A stretch of DNA of 64,000 nt from Octopus sinensis. Its lineage: Eukaryota. The notes under the pieces were generated by a model, which worked only from the letters and a program-made list of their open reading frames with translations, made no database searches and was not told the origin of the DNA. Positions within the stretch are counted from its first letter, which is position 1, and each line of letters starts with the position of its first letter. Below are positions 12,587 to 24,450 of this stretch, piece by piece. The translations under genes and the position numbers were made by a program. Location of the stretch: contig NC_043011.1 of assembly GCF_006345805.1 (NCBI RefSeq), positions 24,626,464 to 24,690,463 of the forward strand. The letters are read 5' to 3'.

Positions 12587-12734
12587 TGTATGTATGTATA
12601 TATACATATACATACATATATATATATGTGTATATATATATATTCATACGTACATACATACTTACATACATATGTACATACAAACATACATACATACATA
12701 TGTACATACATATTATATATATGTATATATATAT

Positions 12735-12900
12735 GACAGGCTTCTTTCAGTTTCCATCAACCAAATCTACTCACAAGGCTTTGGTCAGCTTAAGGCTATA
12801 GAAGAGGAAGACACTTCCCCAAGGTGCCATGCAGTGGGACTGAAACCAGAGCCATGTGGTTGGGAAGCAAGCTTCTTACCACACACCCTTACTTGCACCT
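12735..12900 (-). mobile_element. SINE family B fragment following the (TA)n tract at 12540-12735
   Basis: Family B motifs. Confidence 0.8.
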
Positions 12901-13130
12901 ATAAATATATATAGTGTACTGTTCCATGGTGGTAAGGTCAGCAAAAGAGTTCTTCGTCTGGTGAGAGATAAAGGTTATTTTATAAACACAATATATGTTT
13001 TTATGTGCTACTATTATTTTTCTAACACCAGACTTGTTAAAAAATACCATCTCACATGACTCTCAGCACATGAAACAAATACTAGCACATAAAAATATAT
13101 ATTGTGTTTATTGAATAATATATATATAGC

Positions 13131-13656
13131 AATAATAAATCTCTGAGTGAGATGTAAACAGTAGCAGCACGACATCGTGAAGTATATTTGCCACCTAAAT
13201 ATGGTTGACCCATATGGGACGATGCTACTGTTATTTATAGCCCTAGGAAGACATCGCCTCCAGCTGGCTAACGACACACTGTCTGTGTCCAATCAGTATT
13301 TGCGAAAGGAAATCATCATTCCCATCTCTAGCCTTATGTGATACTCATGGACCCAGGTTTCTGGGTAGTAACCCATCATCAGCATGGGACAATCACCAGC
13401 TAGGGGTGAGAACTGATTCCAAACACAAAATACTAAATACTTTTTCCAGTGACAAACGGTCGCTGATCTCGTAAAGGATAAACAAGTAATAATAAATCTC
13501 TGAGTGAGATGTAAACAGTAACAGCACAACATCGTGAAGTATTTTTGCCACTTAAATGTGGCTATCCCATATGGAAAAATGCTACTGTTATTTATAGCCC
13601 CAAGAAGACATCGCCTCCAGTTGCCTAATGACACAGTCTGTGTCTGATTAGTATTT
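13131..13656 (-). mobile_element. Non-coding unit with ~170-bp direct repeats (13131-13301, 13488-13656; period 357) and an internal hammerhead, flanked by TA-rich microsatellite
   Basis: The direct repeat is visible (aataataaatctctgagtgagatgtaaacag...); HHR at 13346-13386. Confidence 0.75.
13346..13386 (-). ncRNA. Type I hammerhead ribozyme, canonical core
   Basis: Minus strand: CATG-CUGAUGA-UGGGU(UACU)ACCCA-GAAA-CCUGG-GUC-CAUG. Stem I 4 bp, stem II 5 bp, self-complementary stem III ACCUGGGU, GUC cleavage triplet. Confidence 0.8.
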
Positions 13657-13799
13657 ACTCATACACTCATATACATATACACACACACACATACATACAT
13701 ACATGCCTATAATATATATACATATATACACATCTATATAAAAAATTATATATATATATATATATATAAATATATAATATATATATAAAAACAAAAACA

Positions 13800-14205
13800 A
13801 AAATAAAATTAAAAATTAATGGATGTTAAACAGTATGGGAAAGTTTGTACAGGAACATAGTAGAAATGTGGGCTCTAGTCACCATCTTGGAGGCTCAAAA
13901 CCATAACAGGTATTTTGTGACACGTGGACATGATCAAAGAGTTCAGTTCTTGAATTTAAACATGTAGTGGAGTCGAATGAACTTTTCCAGGTGAGCCATC
14001 TTTCTATGTTACAAAGACTGCACTTGCCACTACCATTGGTATAAGGGTTACACTTGGCTAAGATCTTCCAGTAAATACTATAGTTGGCACCTTGTTCTTT
14101 CAAGAACCATACATAACTGGATAATTTAGTAGATTTTCATTTATTCTAGTGTCTGAAGCTTAAGGTGTGATTGTTAAATCTTTCTTTAAAGTTTCCCTCT
14201 GTGAG
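13800..14205 (-). mobile_element. 5'-truncated PLE GIY-YIG C-terminal fragment
   Basis: ORF 13879-14103 WKILAKCNPYTNGSGKCSLCNIERWL..LNSRTELF and the upstream GNFKERFNNHTLSFRH are near-identical to 18095-18757. Confidence 0.85.
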
Positions 14206-14340
14206 ACTCACATACATGTAACATAACACACATATGTGTATATAAATGAGGTGGTACCAAAAAGTTTGCGGACTAGTTCTGTAGCACACCAACAGAGGTA
14301 GTACATGGTTGTGCATGCAGTAAGAGCTAGAAGTGACCTT

Positions 14341-14613
14341 CATAAGGGGTTTAGCTTTATGGTGTATCTTCTGATCCCAAACACTGCTGGCCTGAGACCT
14401 CTTTAAAATATTGAGGGAGAAAAGCCTCATTTTTAAAGGTAAAACCCTATGTGATTATCTCATGGCTGAAGATCAATGGACAATGGTAAAGGGAGACAAT
14501 CCCATGGAGTTTTACTCTTAAAAAACGAAGCTTTCCCCCTTCATATTTTAAAGAGGTCTCACACCAGCAATGTTTGGGATCTGAAGATACACTGTAAAAC
14601 TAAGCCCCTTATG
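14341..14613. mobile_element. Fold-back element/MITE with ~105-bp inverted arms (14341-14446, 14506-14613)
   Basis: cataagggg...gagacctctttaaaata is mirrored by tattttaaagaggtctc...ccccttatg. Confidence 0.75.
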
Positions 14614-14687
14614 AGCAAGAAACCCAAGGTAACCCCATAAACTGGTCTACCCCACTATAATATATATGTGTGTGTGTGTGTGGATGT

Positions 14688-15000
14688 GCAATGGTCCAGT
14701 GGTTAGGGCAGCGGACTTGCGGTCAGAGGATCATGGTTTTGATTCCCAGACCGGGAGTTGTGTGTGTTTATTGAGCGAAAACACCTTAAGTTCCATGAGG
14801 CTCCGGCAGGGGATGGTGGCGACCCCTGTTGTACTCTTTTGCCCCAACTTTCCCTCACTCTTTCTTCCTGTTTCTTGAGTAACACTGCAATGGCCTGGCA
14901 TCCCGTCCAGCTGGGGGGAACACATACGCCACAGAAACCGGGAAACCGGGCCCATGAGCCTGGCTAGGCTTGAAAAGGGCGCATAAATAAATAAATAAAT
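14688..15000 (+). mobile_element. tRNA-derived SINE family F with (TAAA)n tail
   Basis: A box TGGTCCAGTGG, B-box-like GGTTTTGATTCC, central ggcatcccgtccag..acagaaaccggg resembling shared Deu/Nin-type SINE domains. Confidence 0.75.
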
Positions 15001-15001
15001 A

Positions 15002-15045
<44 letters not shown>

Positions 15046-16215
15046 TTGCAGCTGGGGCTACAAAACTGAAATTTCACCTTTCCAATCATCAGACTGAGAA
15101 TGTGGAATTTGATTAACTTGATTTAAAGGGCAGCTACAATTATTATAAACAACTCTCATGCACTGGCAATGAACACTTGCTTATGCCTACCTACATTATA
15201 AACACACACACATTAACACATTATACTATTGCTATTGAAATCTCCCTTTAGCAGAGTGTATGGCTTATTTCTGAAACTGCATATATAACAGAAACCTCAT
15301 ACATTGAATTGCTACTTGTGGTGAATCTTGTGGTGCTTCTACATTTCTTGAATCTCATTCTCAGAAAGCTTTTTACATTTTCCTGTTTATTTATTTATTT
15401 CTTCCACAAAACGTTGTGGTATCTCTAGTTTCTTTGCATTCTCAGAAGCAGCAATCAAAATTTAATGCAAGCCCACATTGTATCTGCTGTCAGTGATGTA
15501 ATTCTTAGTCACATACAATTGTTATATTGCTGAATTTAAGTCAGAATCTTTATGTTGAAACAGCTTGAAAGATTGACTTTAAAAAACGATGTTTTATCAT
15601 GAAACAAGATATAACAAAGAAAACACCCACCAACTTGAATTTACAAGTTACACCATTATGAGCTTAGCTTCACTATGGGAAATATTTCCAGATTAAACTT
15701 GAAGGCTTGTATAATCAAAGATCTCTATTAGAGTCTCACGTATATGTATACTAGCTATCAATAATGACGGCTAATCGTAGTATTTTATATATAAATAAGG
15801 TACAAAATAAGGCACATAATAATTACACAAACATTCACATTCTTCCCTTGCACATGCACACACATACACACATATACTCACACAGAGTTGAAACACTGAT
15901 TTTTTTTCACACCTTCCTTCCTTATTACCCATTCCTTTCTCTCATTGCTATTACTTTCTCTCACTCCCTCTCAGTCAGGGCTATTACTCTCACTACTTTT
16001 CCTTCACTGAATTACTATTTTCTCTCCTCCTCCACGTCCAGTGTGATTCTAGACAAATATATATATATATATTTAAAAACGCTATAAAATATATAAAACC
16101 ACTACACTTATTATATTAGATATATTTTGGCTTTAGTAAAATAGCATTTTACTCTCCCTTTGGTATTTGAGTACTATTTTTCCCATCTTGTTTTGCACCT
16201 ATATGCTTACTTATA

Positions 16216-16261
<46 letters not shown>

Positions 16262-16286
16262 TGATTGAGTATATATATATAAATAA

Positions 16287-16353
<67 letters not shown>

Positions 16354-16450
16354 TACACACACACACACATACACACACACATATGTATATATATATATGT
16401 AAGATTAATATAGACAGCCATGTGCAATGTGTTACTAAAAAGGAAAACTA

Positions 16451-16720
16451 ATGGTCACTAAATATGGTTAGGGTGTTAGAACAACCACATTGTTAGAAAT
16501 AAGAACTAAAAAGCTCTCGTGTTGTAGCTAAAGCACATAATTGTATTTATATGTATTCACGGGCACTGTAATAGCACAAAGACACCAATTTTTGAGTGAT
16601 TACAGTCCTTGTCAGTACACATGTATGCAATTATATGCTTAACCCATGGCATTAGAGCGTTTTAACTCTTATTTCTAGCAATGTAAGTGTTCTAACAACC
16701 TAGTCATATTTAGTGACAAT
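16451..16720. mobile_element. Tc1/mariner-type MITE, ~67-bp TIRs, TA target duplication
   Basis: TA-ATGGTCACTAAATATG...CATATTTAGTGACAAT-TA; related to 53104-53429. Confidence 0.75.
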
Positions 16721-17099
16721 TATATATACATATTACCCACATGATGTCTTGGTGGTTTCCAAGTATCGATCTGACTTCCTCATCATCTTCTAATTCATTG
16801 GCTTAACAGTGTATGCCTAAGTCTGATATATAGCTAGTAAGAATTTATCAATACTGAGTCAATCAGAGAAATAATTATAGATTTGTTGAAGCAAACTGAA
16901 GAAACTAATTGCTTCCAGACAACATATAGCAGTAATCATAGGCTAACAAGTTTAAAAGGCATGCATTGCAGGGCGTGTAAAATAAAGGCATGTAGATTTA
17001 TGCCCAGTGAAATCTTTTGTACACTATTTTTCATGCCTTTCATGTTACACCTGTTAACATTAGACTTGACTGTGCAGATTCTCAAGTGTAATCGTTTAT

Positions 17100-17290
17100 C
17101 CTTTATTTGTTTCAGTCATTGGACTGTGGCTATGCTGGGGCACCATCTTGAAGGGTTTAGTTGAAGAAATTAACCCCACTACTTTTTTTTTTTTTCTTGA
17201 GAGTCTTTCTTTTTGGTTGAACTGCTAAGTTCTAAGAACATAAGCAAAACAACACTGATTGTCAAGCAGTGAAGTTTGGTACTAACTAAA
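17100..17290 (-). mobile_element. SINE family B 3' fragment
   Basis: ttgtttcagtcattggactgtggctatgctggggcacc. Confidence 0.65.
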
Positions 17291-17361
17291 AGACACACAC
17301 ACACACAATGAGCTTGCACACAGGTTTTTTTTTTTTATCTCATTCTGAAAAAAATTCTATA

Positions 17362-17715
17362 TCATCATCATCATCGTTTAATGTCCGCTTTCCCTGCTAG
17401 CATGGGTTGGATGGTTCGACCGGGGTCTGGGAAGCCAGGAGGCTGCACCAGGCCCAGTCTGATCTGGCAGTGTTTCTACAGCCTGATGCCCTTCCTAACG
17501 CCAACCACTCCGTAAGTGTAGTGGGTGCTTTTTACATGCCATCAGCAGAGGTGCCAGGCGAGGCTGGCAACGGCCACAATCAGTTGGTGCTTTTTACATG
17601 CCCCTGGCACGGAGGCCAGTTGAGGCAGCACTGGCAACAGCCACGTTCGGATGGTTCTTTTATGTGCCACCAGCACTGGTATCACATCTACAATTTCCAT
17701 TGATTTTTGATCGAT
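17362..17715 (-). mobile_element. RTE 3'-end copy
   Basis: High similarity to 26355-26750. Confidence 0.9.
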
Positions 17716-17739
17716 TTATATATATATATATATATATAT

Positions 17740-18760
17740 TGATAAAACGGTAAGATAACAAAAGAAAGAAAGAGACCTCAATATTATGTAAATAGAGGAA
17801 ATTTATCTATACAATATGTTACATTACTCGGTAGTCAAGATAAAACTCTGAGTTTCAGATGCCGAAGTGGAAATCCACAACACCATCTCTTCGGTTATCT
17901 GGCTATTTGAAAACGTTATGAAAAAATACCGTTAAAAATGAAGGGAAATTACTCTGTTATAACTCTGCTTTGCCTGCGTACTTATACATCGCTCGCATTT
18001 TTCGTCATAAAAATTATATAAAAATACATAAAAATATATAAAAATATATAAAAATATATAAAATCTTCTTGGGGCATAACACAGAAAGCATGTTCTATCC
18101 GTTTTCTTTAGGGGACCAAAAACGTAACAGAAATTTAGTCACATGTGGGCATGATCCGAAAAGCTCTGTCCTTGTATTTAGACATGTGGTAGGGTCTAAG
18201 CTGCTTTTCCAGATAAGCCATCTCTCCATGTCGCATAAACCGCACCTTCCGCTGCCGTTAGTATAGGGCTTACATCTGGCCAAAATCTTCCATTGTATGT
18301 TATAATCGACACCTTTATCTCTTAAAGACCAAATATGATTGGATAATTGTGTCGCTTTTCTTTTGTTCCAGTGCCTAAAGCTCAAAGTGTGGTTATTGAA
18401 CCTGGCCTTGAAATTACCCTCTGTCAGGCCCACGTATTTCTTCGTCGAAACGGTGTCTTTAGTGGTTATAGAGTTTACGGTAGCTTCATATATGATGGTC
18501 TTGGACATGCAAGCTCCATTTAGCGGGCACAATTCTTTATTCCTGCATGAACAGCTGTTTTCTTCTTGTGTTTTTTGTATGTTATGATTGATTATGTTTT
18601 TAAAATTGGTAGTTGAACTAAAACTAATTTTTAAATTGTGTCTATTGAAGAGTTTCCTATAAGCATGGTTAACTGGAAAATGTCTATCTATCAGTGCTAG
18701 GAAATATTTACCTATATTGAATATACATATACGTTTTTTCTCTAAATTTCTGCCCAAAGA
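17740..18760 (-). mobile_element. 5'-truncated Penelope-like element: GIY-YIG ORF fragment (18095-18757) plus 3' UTR ending at (TA)n
   Basis: IGKYFLALIDRHFP..RKLFNRHNLKISFS, CSCRNKELCPLNGAC, IIYEATV..KYVGLTEGNFKARFNNH (GIY-YIG), C.LC.MERWLI..LNTRTEL. Confidence 0.9.
17838..17900 (-). ncRNA. Variant type I hammerhead in the PLE 3' UTR
   Basis: AGAUAA-CCGAAGA-GAUG..GUGG(AUUU)CCAC..CAUC-U-GAAA-CUCAGA-GUU-UUAUCU. Stem I 6 bp, palindromic stem III ACUC-A-GAGU; deviations are U4C and an extra U before G12. Confidence 0.6.
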
Positions 18761-18879
18761 CTAAGGTCATGCTGGAGCACTGCCATATTTTTTTGCTACA
18801 CTTTCACTAAACCTCCTCTGATATGTGACATTTGATGGATAAGGGAGTTTGAATTTGCTGAAATAAAACTGAATAATGA

Positions 18880-19115
18880 CATACATACATACATACATAC
18901 ATACATACATACATACATACATACATGCATGCAAGCATGCATGCATGCATGCATACATACATACATACATACATACATACATACATACATAATACATACA
19001 TACATGCATTCATACATACACACAGGCACACAGATACACATACACATACATACATACATACATACATACATACATACATACATACATACATACATACATA
19101 CATACATACATACAC
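18880..19115. repeat. (CATA)n microsatellite preceded by the terminal motif aataaaactgaataatga of the CATA-tailed LINE
   Basis: The same motif precedes the CATA tracts at 20720 and 40580. Confidence 0.85.
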
Positions 19116-19139
19116 ACAATACCATTCATGTAAAAGACT

Positions 19140-19370
19140 GTCCTGGAATAAATATAGAGAATCCTCCTGATTGAGAATATAGACATAAATATCAGCATAA
19201 GAAATAATGGTGGAACATACCCATCAAAACATTTGTCAAGTGTAAGCATAACAGCCTGGATATTGTTGTTTGGGACAGACAAGAAAAAAAGTATGTGCCA
19301 TCATAGAGGTCAACTGTCCTGCTGATGTGAATATCTCTTTGAAAATCAAAGTGGAGACATTACACAGTAA
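19140..19370 (+). mobile_element. REL endonuclease fragment of a non-LTR retrotransposon
   Basis: By-eye translation KCKHNSLDIVVWDRQEKK.CAIIEVNCPADVNISLKIK. Confidence 0.65.
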
Positions 19371-19504
19371 TGTCTCCACTGTAAATCACAGTAAGACATT
19401 ATAAAAGTTCTCCATCTGAGATTTTTATGTGCATAGATGCACAAACTTGGGTGTATGCATCAACAATTTAACCAACACACCAACAGCACTACATATTTAC
19501 AAAA

Positions 19505-19903
19505 GGCAGCAAGCTGGCAGAAACGTTAGTGTGCCAGACGAAATGCTTATCGGTATTTCGTCTGTTGTTACGTTCTGAGTTCAAATTCCACCGAGGTCGA
19601 CTTTGCCTTTCATCCTTTCAGGGTCGATTAAATAAGTACCAGTTATGCACTGGGGTCGATGTAATCGACTTAATCCGTTTGTCTGTCCTTGTTTGTCCCC
19701 TCTGTGTTTAGCCCCTTGTGGGTAGTAAAGAAATAGGTATTTCGTCTGCCGTTACGTTCTGAGTTCAAATTGCCTGTCATCCTTTCAGGGTCGCTAAATT
19801 AAGTACCAGTTACACACTAGGGTCGATGTAATTGACTTAATACCTTTGTCTGTCCTTGATTGTCCCCTCTATGTTTAGCCCCTTGTGGGCAATAAAGAAA
19901 TAA
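19505..19903 (+). mobile_element. SINE family A: full copy plus a tandem partial copy
   Basis: The body repeats after aaagaaataggtatttcgtctg at ~19738. Confidence 0.9.
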
Positions 19904-20075
19904 GAACTACATATTTACAAACATTGGAAACTTCCTTAACTCAAAAAGTCATGTCACTTTGTTAGCGACTGCCTTGAAACCTCTCAAGAAGAACTTAAAT
20001 AAAGCGCAAAGAATAATCATGCATGCATACATACATACACACATACATACATACATACATACATACATACATACA

Positions 20076-20106
<31 letters not shown>

Positions 20107-20107
<1 letters not shown>

Positions 20108-20741
20108 AGAACCCACAGTAGGGTGGAAGCCATAGCCATTCATAATAAAAAGGAGTACTGGTGGAATGTCCCGGTGAAAACCTCAATAAAATGTAAACAC
20201 AACAGACTGATATAATGATTTGGGATAGAGGAGAGAAACTGTGTACTGCTGAGAATATCAGCTGCCAAGCGAGTGTTAACATAAAGCAAAAAAGATCAGC
20301 AAAAAAAAATACTTATGCTGAACCAATGAGGAATCTACAGTTACTCTATCTATTTCAAGTTTATACCAGTAATTATTGGAGCACTGGGATATGTGACACA
20401 CTGCCTAAATACCAATCTGCAGAAATTAGGCTTCTCAAAACCAGAATGGAAAAAGCTGATTCAAAGACTACAGATCCAAGCCATCACTGGAACTGTAAAA
20501 TTTCCACAAGTTTATCATTTAAATATATATATGAGCATGTCTAGACATGCAACTATATTCATGAGAATACATACATAAAACAAAACATACAAATTTGCAC
20601 ATACGGGCAAAAATACCCTGTTGATGTTGCTGAAATTCTAATGAAGGAGCTTTGGATCTAGGTTAGAAAGCAGCTCCTTCTCTGTTGGCAAAAAATTTCG
20701 AATTATAACTGACTAATGACATACATACATACATACATACA
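20107..20741 (+). mobile_element. 5'-truncated REL-type LINE 3' end with (CATA)n tail, embedded in (CATA)n
   Basis: Near-identical to 30840-31140; translation CKHNR.DI.IWDR.EKLC..VIIGALGYV..LQIQAITGTVK; 3' UTR shared with 40451-40580. Confidence 0.8.
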
Positions 20742-20744
20742 TGA

Positions 20745-20930
20745 TAGATCGCTAGCCACTACACATTCTTTATTTTCTCTCCTTGTTGCTTTCTGTGTTC
20801 CTTTCTGTGGAAGAGTGTAGACTCGAAATGTTAAAGACATTTTCACTTCCTGAGCATTATACTAATACATCTGTTTGTTGTCTACACCACCTGTCTTCGT
20901 CTTTTGTTTTGTTTTTTTGTGAATTCTCCA
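20745..20930 (+). repeat. PLE-terminal-like repeat with a degenerate hammerhead-like motif (~20800-20836)
   Basis: ctttctgtggaagagtgtagactcgaaatgttaaag; a related motif lies at 46125-46150. Confidence 0.4.
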
Positions 20931-20970
20931 TACATACATACATACATACATACATACATACATACATACA

Positions 20971-21002
<32 letters not shown>

Positions 21003-22169
21003 AATGGAGAATAAAAATGTGTACTGAAATGTTTATGAAAGATACACAAAGTGGAAGTAGAGCAAATAAGATTCAACTATTTTGATCAGATTCTTCAATG
21101 TCAGGCTTTGGAGTCGAAAAGGAGCAGGATCAAAATTCTTCATAGGATACAATTTTGTAGTCCTGTCTAATACATAGCTGTACGGCAAGAAGAAAAAGAA
21201 ACACAGATGATACATGAACTTAAACATATATCATTTCATATAGTTTATGTTAAAGCCAACATGTTATCTAGCTGTCTTTTACATATGGTATATATGAAAG
21301 ACACAAAATAGAAAAGACTGTTTGAAGAAGTGTCTATAAGTTTTTAGATCTAACTGACCTTTTAAATCTAGTTCATCTCTTTGGTCAGCATACTATGTGT
21401 GTAGTGTGTGTGTGTGTGTGAGAGAGAGAGAGTGAGAGAGCCTCTGTGTGTTTGTGTGTGTGTGTGTGTGTGTACCTGTGTGTATAAATGTATAAACACA
21501 CACACACATATTCATATATATGTATGGTGTGTATGTGTGTGCCAGCATATATATATATATGTATATATTTGTGTGTGTGTGTGGTGAAGGAGAGATTTTT
21601 TTTCTCATTATTTTACAAAAATATTTTAATAGAAGTAACAAAATTAAATGAGTTTTTATCAATAAATTCTTTATATAAAGAAATTGTTCAATAACATCGA
21701 ATATTAGCCTTTCTTACACCAACCCTCATCACAGACACACTGTTACACATGCACACACACATACACACACACACGCACACACACACACATGCATGCATGC
21801 ACATACACACATGCACACACATACACTCACGTACACATACACACACACATATATACATACTTGGATGCAAGCATTAACAAACATTAACACAAGCTTGTAC
21901 TCTGCACTATTATTTCTTTGCTAAATTATTAATGGAAAGGAATTGATTTGTCTCCACGCAGACATCTTCCAAAGACAAGGAGATCTTGAAAGCTGAAAAC
22001 ACATAACAAAAATAGCTTCTTTTCTCCAGGAAAATCAGGTGCAGATGAAATCTGTGCTAAACTGTACATTACCAAACTGGTACAGAAATTTATCTCTTAT
22101 AAAGAATGACTCTTTCTTGAAACCATTTTAAAGAATATGATTGTCTTTTGAAACATATGTATCTTTTAT

Positions 22170-22435
22170 TTTTTACTTGTTTCAGTCATTGGACTGCGAC
22201 CATGCTGGGGCACTGCTTTCAAGGTTTTAGTTGATCCAATCAATGCCAATTCTTATTTTTAAATTTGGTTCTTATTCTATTGGTCTATTTTGACAAATTG
22301 CTAAGTTAGAGGGACAGAAACAAACCAACTTTGGTTGACAAGCTGTGATGAGGAAGACATAAAGACACACGCATATATCATTCAAACACACACACACACA
22401 CACACACATGCATACCCATGTAGATAGATAGAAAA

Positions 22436-22478
<43 letters not shown>

Positions 22479-22486
22479 GATTGATT

Positions 22487-22517
<31 letters not shown>

Positions 22518-22526
22518 TGATTGATT

Positions 22527-22588
<62 letters not shown>

Positions 22589-22629
22589 CAGACAGACAAA
22601 CAGAGACACAGATAGACAGATAGATAGAC

Positions 22630-22700
<71 letters not shown>

Positions 22701-22835
22701 CTCTTGAACTATGTATGACAAGCTTTGATCGGTCCAGGGCTATAAGTAGAAGATATTCACTCAAGGTGCCATGTAGTACGGCTGAAGCTGAAACTATGTG
22801 GCTGGAAAGCAAACCTCTTCACAACGCAGCCATAC
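22170..22835 (-). mobile_element. SINE family B copy split by a (CA)n/(GATA)n expansion (22385-22698)
   Basis: The 3' half (22170-22370) and 5' half (22720-22835) flank the microsatellite. Confidence 0.75.
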
Positions 22836-22938
22836 CTGTAAATTTGTAAATATATGTATATAAGTGTGTGTGTGCGTGTGTGTATGTGTGTGTGTGTGTG
22901 TGTGTGTGTTGTGTGTGTGTGTGTGTAGTGCTTTCCAC

Positions 22939-23266
22939 AGTGAGGGCGCATGGCTTAGTGGTTAGGGCATTTGGCTCATGATCGTAAGGTTGTGAGTTTG
23001 ATTCCCGGCGACGCGTTGTGTCCTTGAGCAAGACACTTTATTTCACGTTGCTCCAGTCCACTCAGCTGGCAAAAATGAGTTGTACTTGTATTTCAAAGGG
23101 TCAGCCTTGTCACTCTCTGTGTCACGCTGATTATCCCCGAGAACTACGTTAAGGGTACACGTGTCTGTGGAATGCTCAGCCATTTGCACGTTAATTTCAC
23201 GAGCAAGCTGTTCCGTTGATCATATCAGCTGGGACCCTCGTCATCGTAACCGGCGGAGTCTTTTAA
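22939..23266 (+). mobile_element. tRNA-derived SINE family D, full length, with a 12-bp target-site duplication AGTGCTTTCCAC
   Basis: A box TGGCTTAGTGG, B-box-like GAGTTTGATTCC, core tgtccttgagcaagacact..ccactcagctgg; TSD at 22927-22938 and 23267-23278. Confidence 0.9.
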
Positions 23267-23687
23267 AGTGCTTTCCACTCATTTTCAATCAAATCTCCTC
23301 CAAGTTAACTTGGGATCCCTCGACGACAATGTAACCTTCATTTAACTAAGGTATCTTCAGCCTGATGAATAGCTAGTGGAGTACCCCTCGAGTAATTATT
23401 ACTTCCAAGGTTCTGCTAGCAAGGAAACATATGTGGCCTGGATCATTCCTTAAATTTGGATTTTGATTCACATACAGAGCAACCCTAGTTGCTAACCGTG
23501 AACTATGAAATAATTTTTTTCAGCCTATTAGACTTCAGCATGGAAAAACTTACAACCTTCTATGCCAATAAAGCACTATTGTTCCTGAAAGTTGCTTTTC
23601 ATACCTTCTAAGACTGCTCGAAGCTTACTAACTTCCTACACCTGGATCCTTGGATCTTACTTTTACATATCATTATATATATATATA

Positions 23688-24237
23688 CGAGAAAAATGTG
23701 CCCCTGTCCAATGGACGGTGCTGAGTTGTCAAACATTTAAACCAAATTTTCTCAAAACAACTTGTCCGACCGTCCCATAGGCCTCCCCTTTGAGAAACAC
23801 TGATTTAACCTAAATTTGAGACACCAGCAAAAGAAGAAATAAAGATAGACTTTTTTCTATTCCAAAGAAAAACGATGTTATTCACACAAATATGCAACCA
23901 AAGAGTTTAAAGTACCAGTAATAATAAGGCTGTTGACTGGGAGAACACAAACATGGTTTAAACAGTAAGCTTCGCAGGAAAGAAACATGCTTTAAGCAGT
24001 ACAAAAACAACAAAAGATGGAAGGTGCAGTTATGTACTGGTTGACAGAAGAAAAGCAGGACAAAAACGACCGATCGCATTCTTACCTGGAATCGATTTTT
24101 GTAATTTTTTTCAAGATTTATACACGCCCTGATACCATCGGTATCTACATTTCAAATTTGAGTGCAATCAGATGGAGGATGCCCGAGATCCTAGAAGACA
24201 CACACACAGACAGACAGAACGGATTTTATATGATAGA
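23688..24237 (-). mobile_element. Non-autonomous Helitron, copy 2 (longer)
   Basis: Minus strand: A|TCTATCATATAAAATCCGTTCTGTC ... CCGTCCA-T-TGGACAGG hairpin ... CTCG|T. Confidence 0.75.
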
Positions 24238-24319
24238 TATATATAAATATGCACATATATACATACATATGTACACACACACACACACATGCATGCGTGC
24301 GCACAACAAGCTTCAGAAC

Positions 24320-24450
24320 GATTTCCATCAACCAAATTTCCGTCACAAGGTTTTGGTCGACGTCAAGTTTTAAAGATTTGTTCAAAATGCTATGCAGTGG
24401 GATCGAACCCAGAGCTACATGTTTATGAAGTGAACTTCCTTAAGCCACAC
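24320..24450 (-). mobile_element. Degenerate SINE family B-like head
   Basis: tcacaaggttttggtcgac..gcagtgggatcgaaccc. Confidence 0.55.

Noticed and set aside
22939-23020. tRNA-like heads (also at 14688, 46010, 48470, 54321) as tRNA genes
   Set aside because: No complete cloverleaf; they run directly into SINE bodies or tails.
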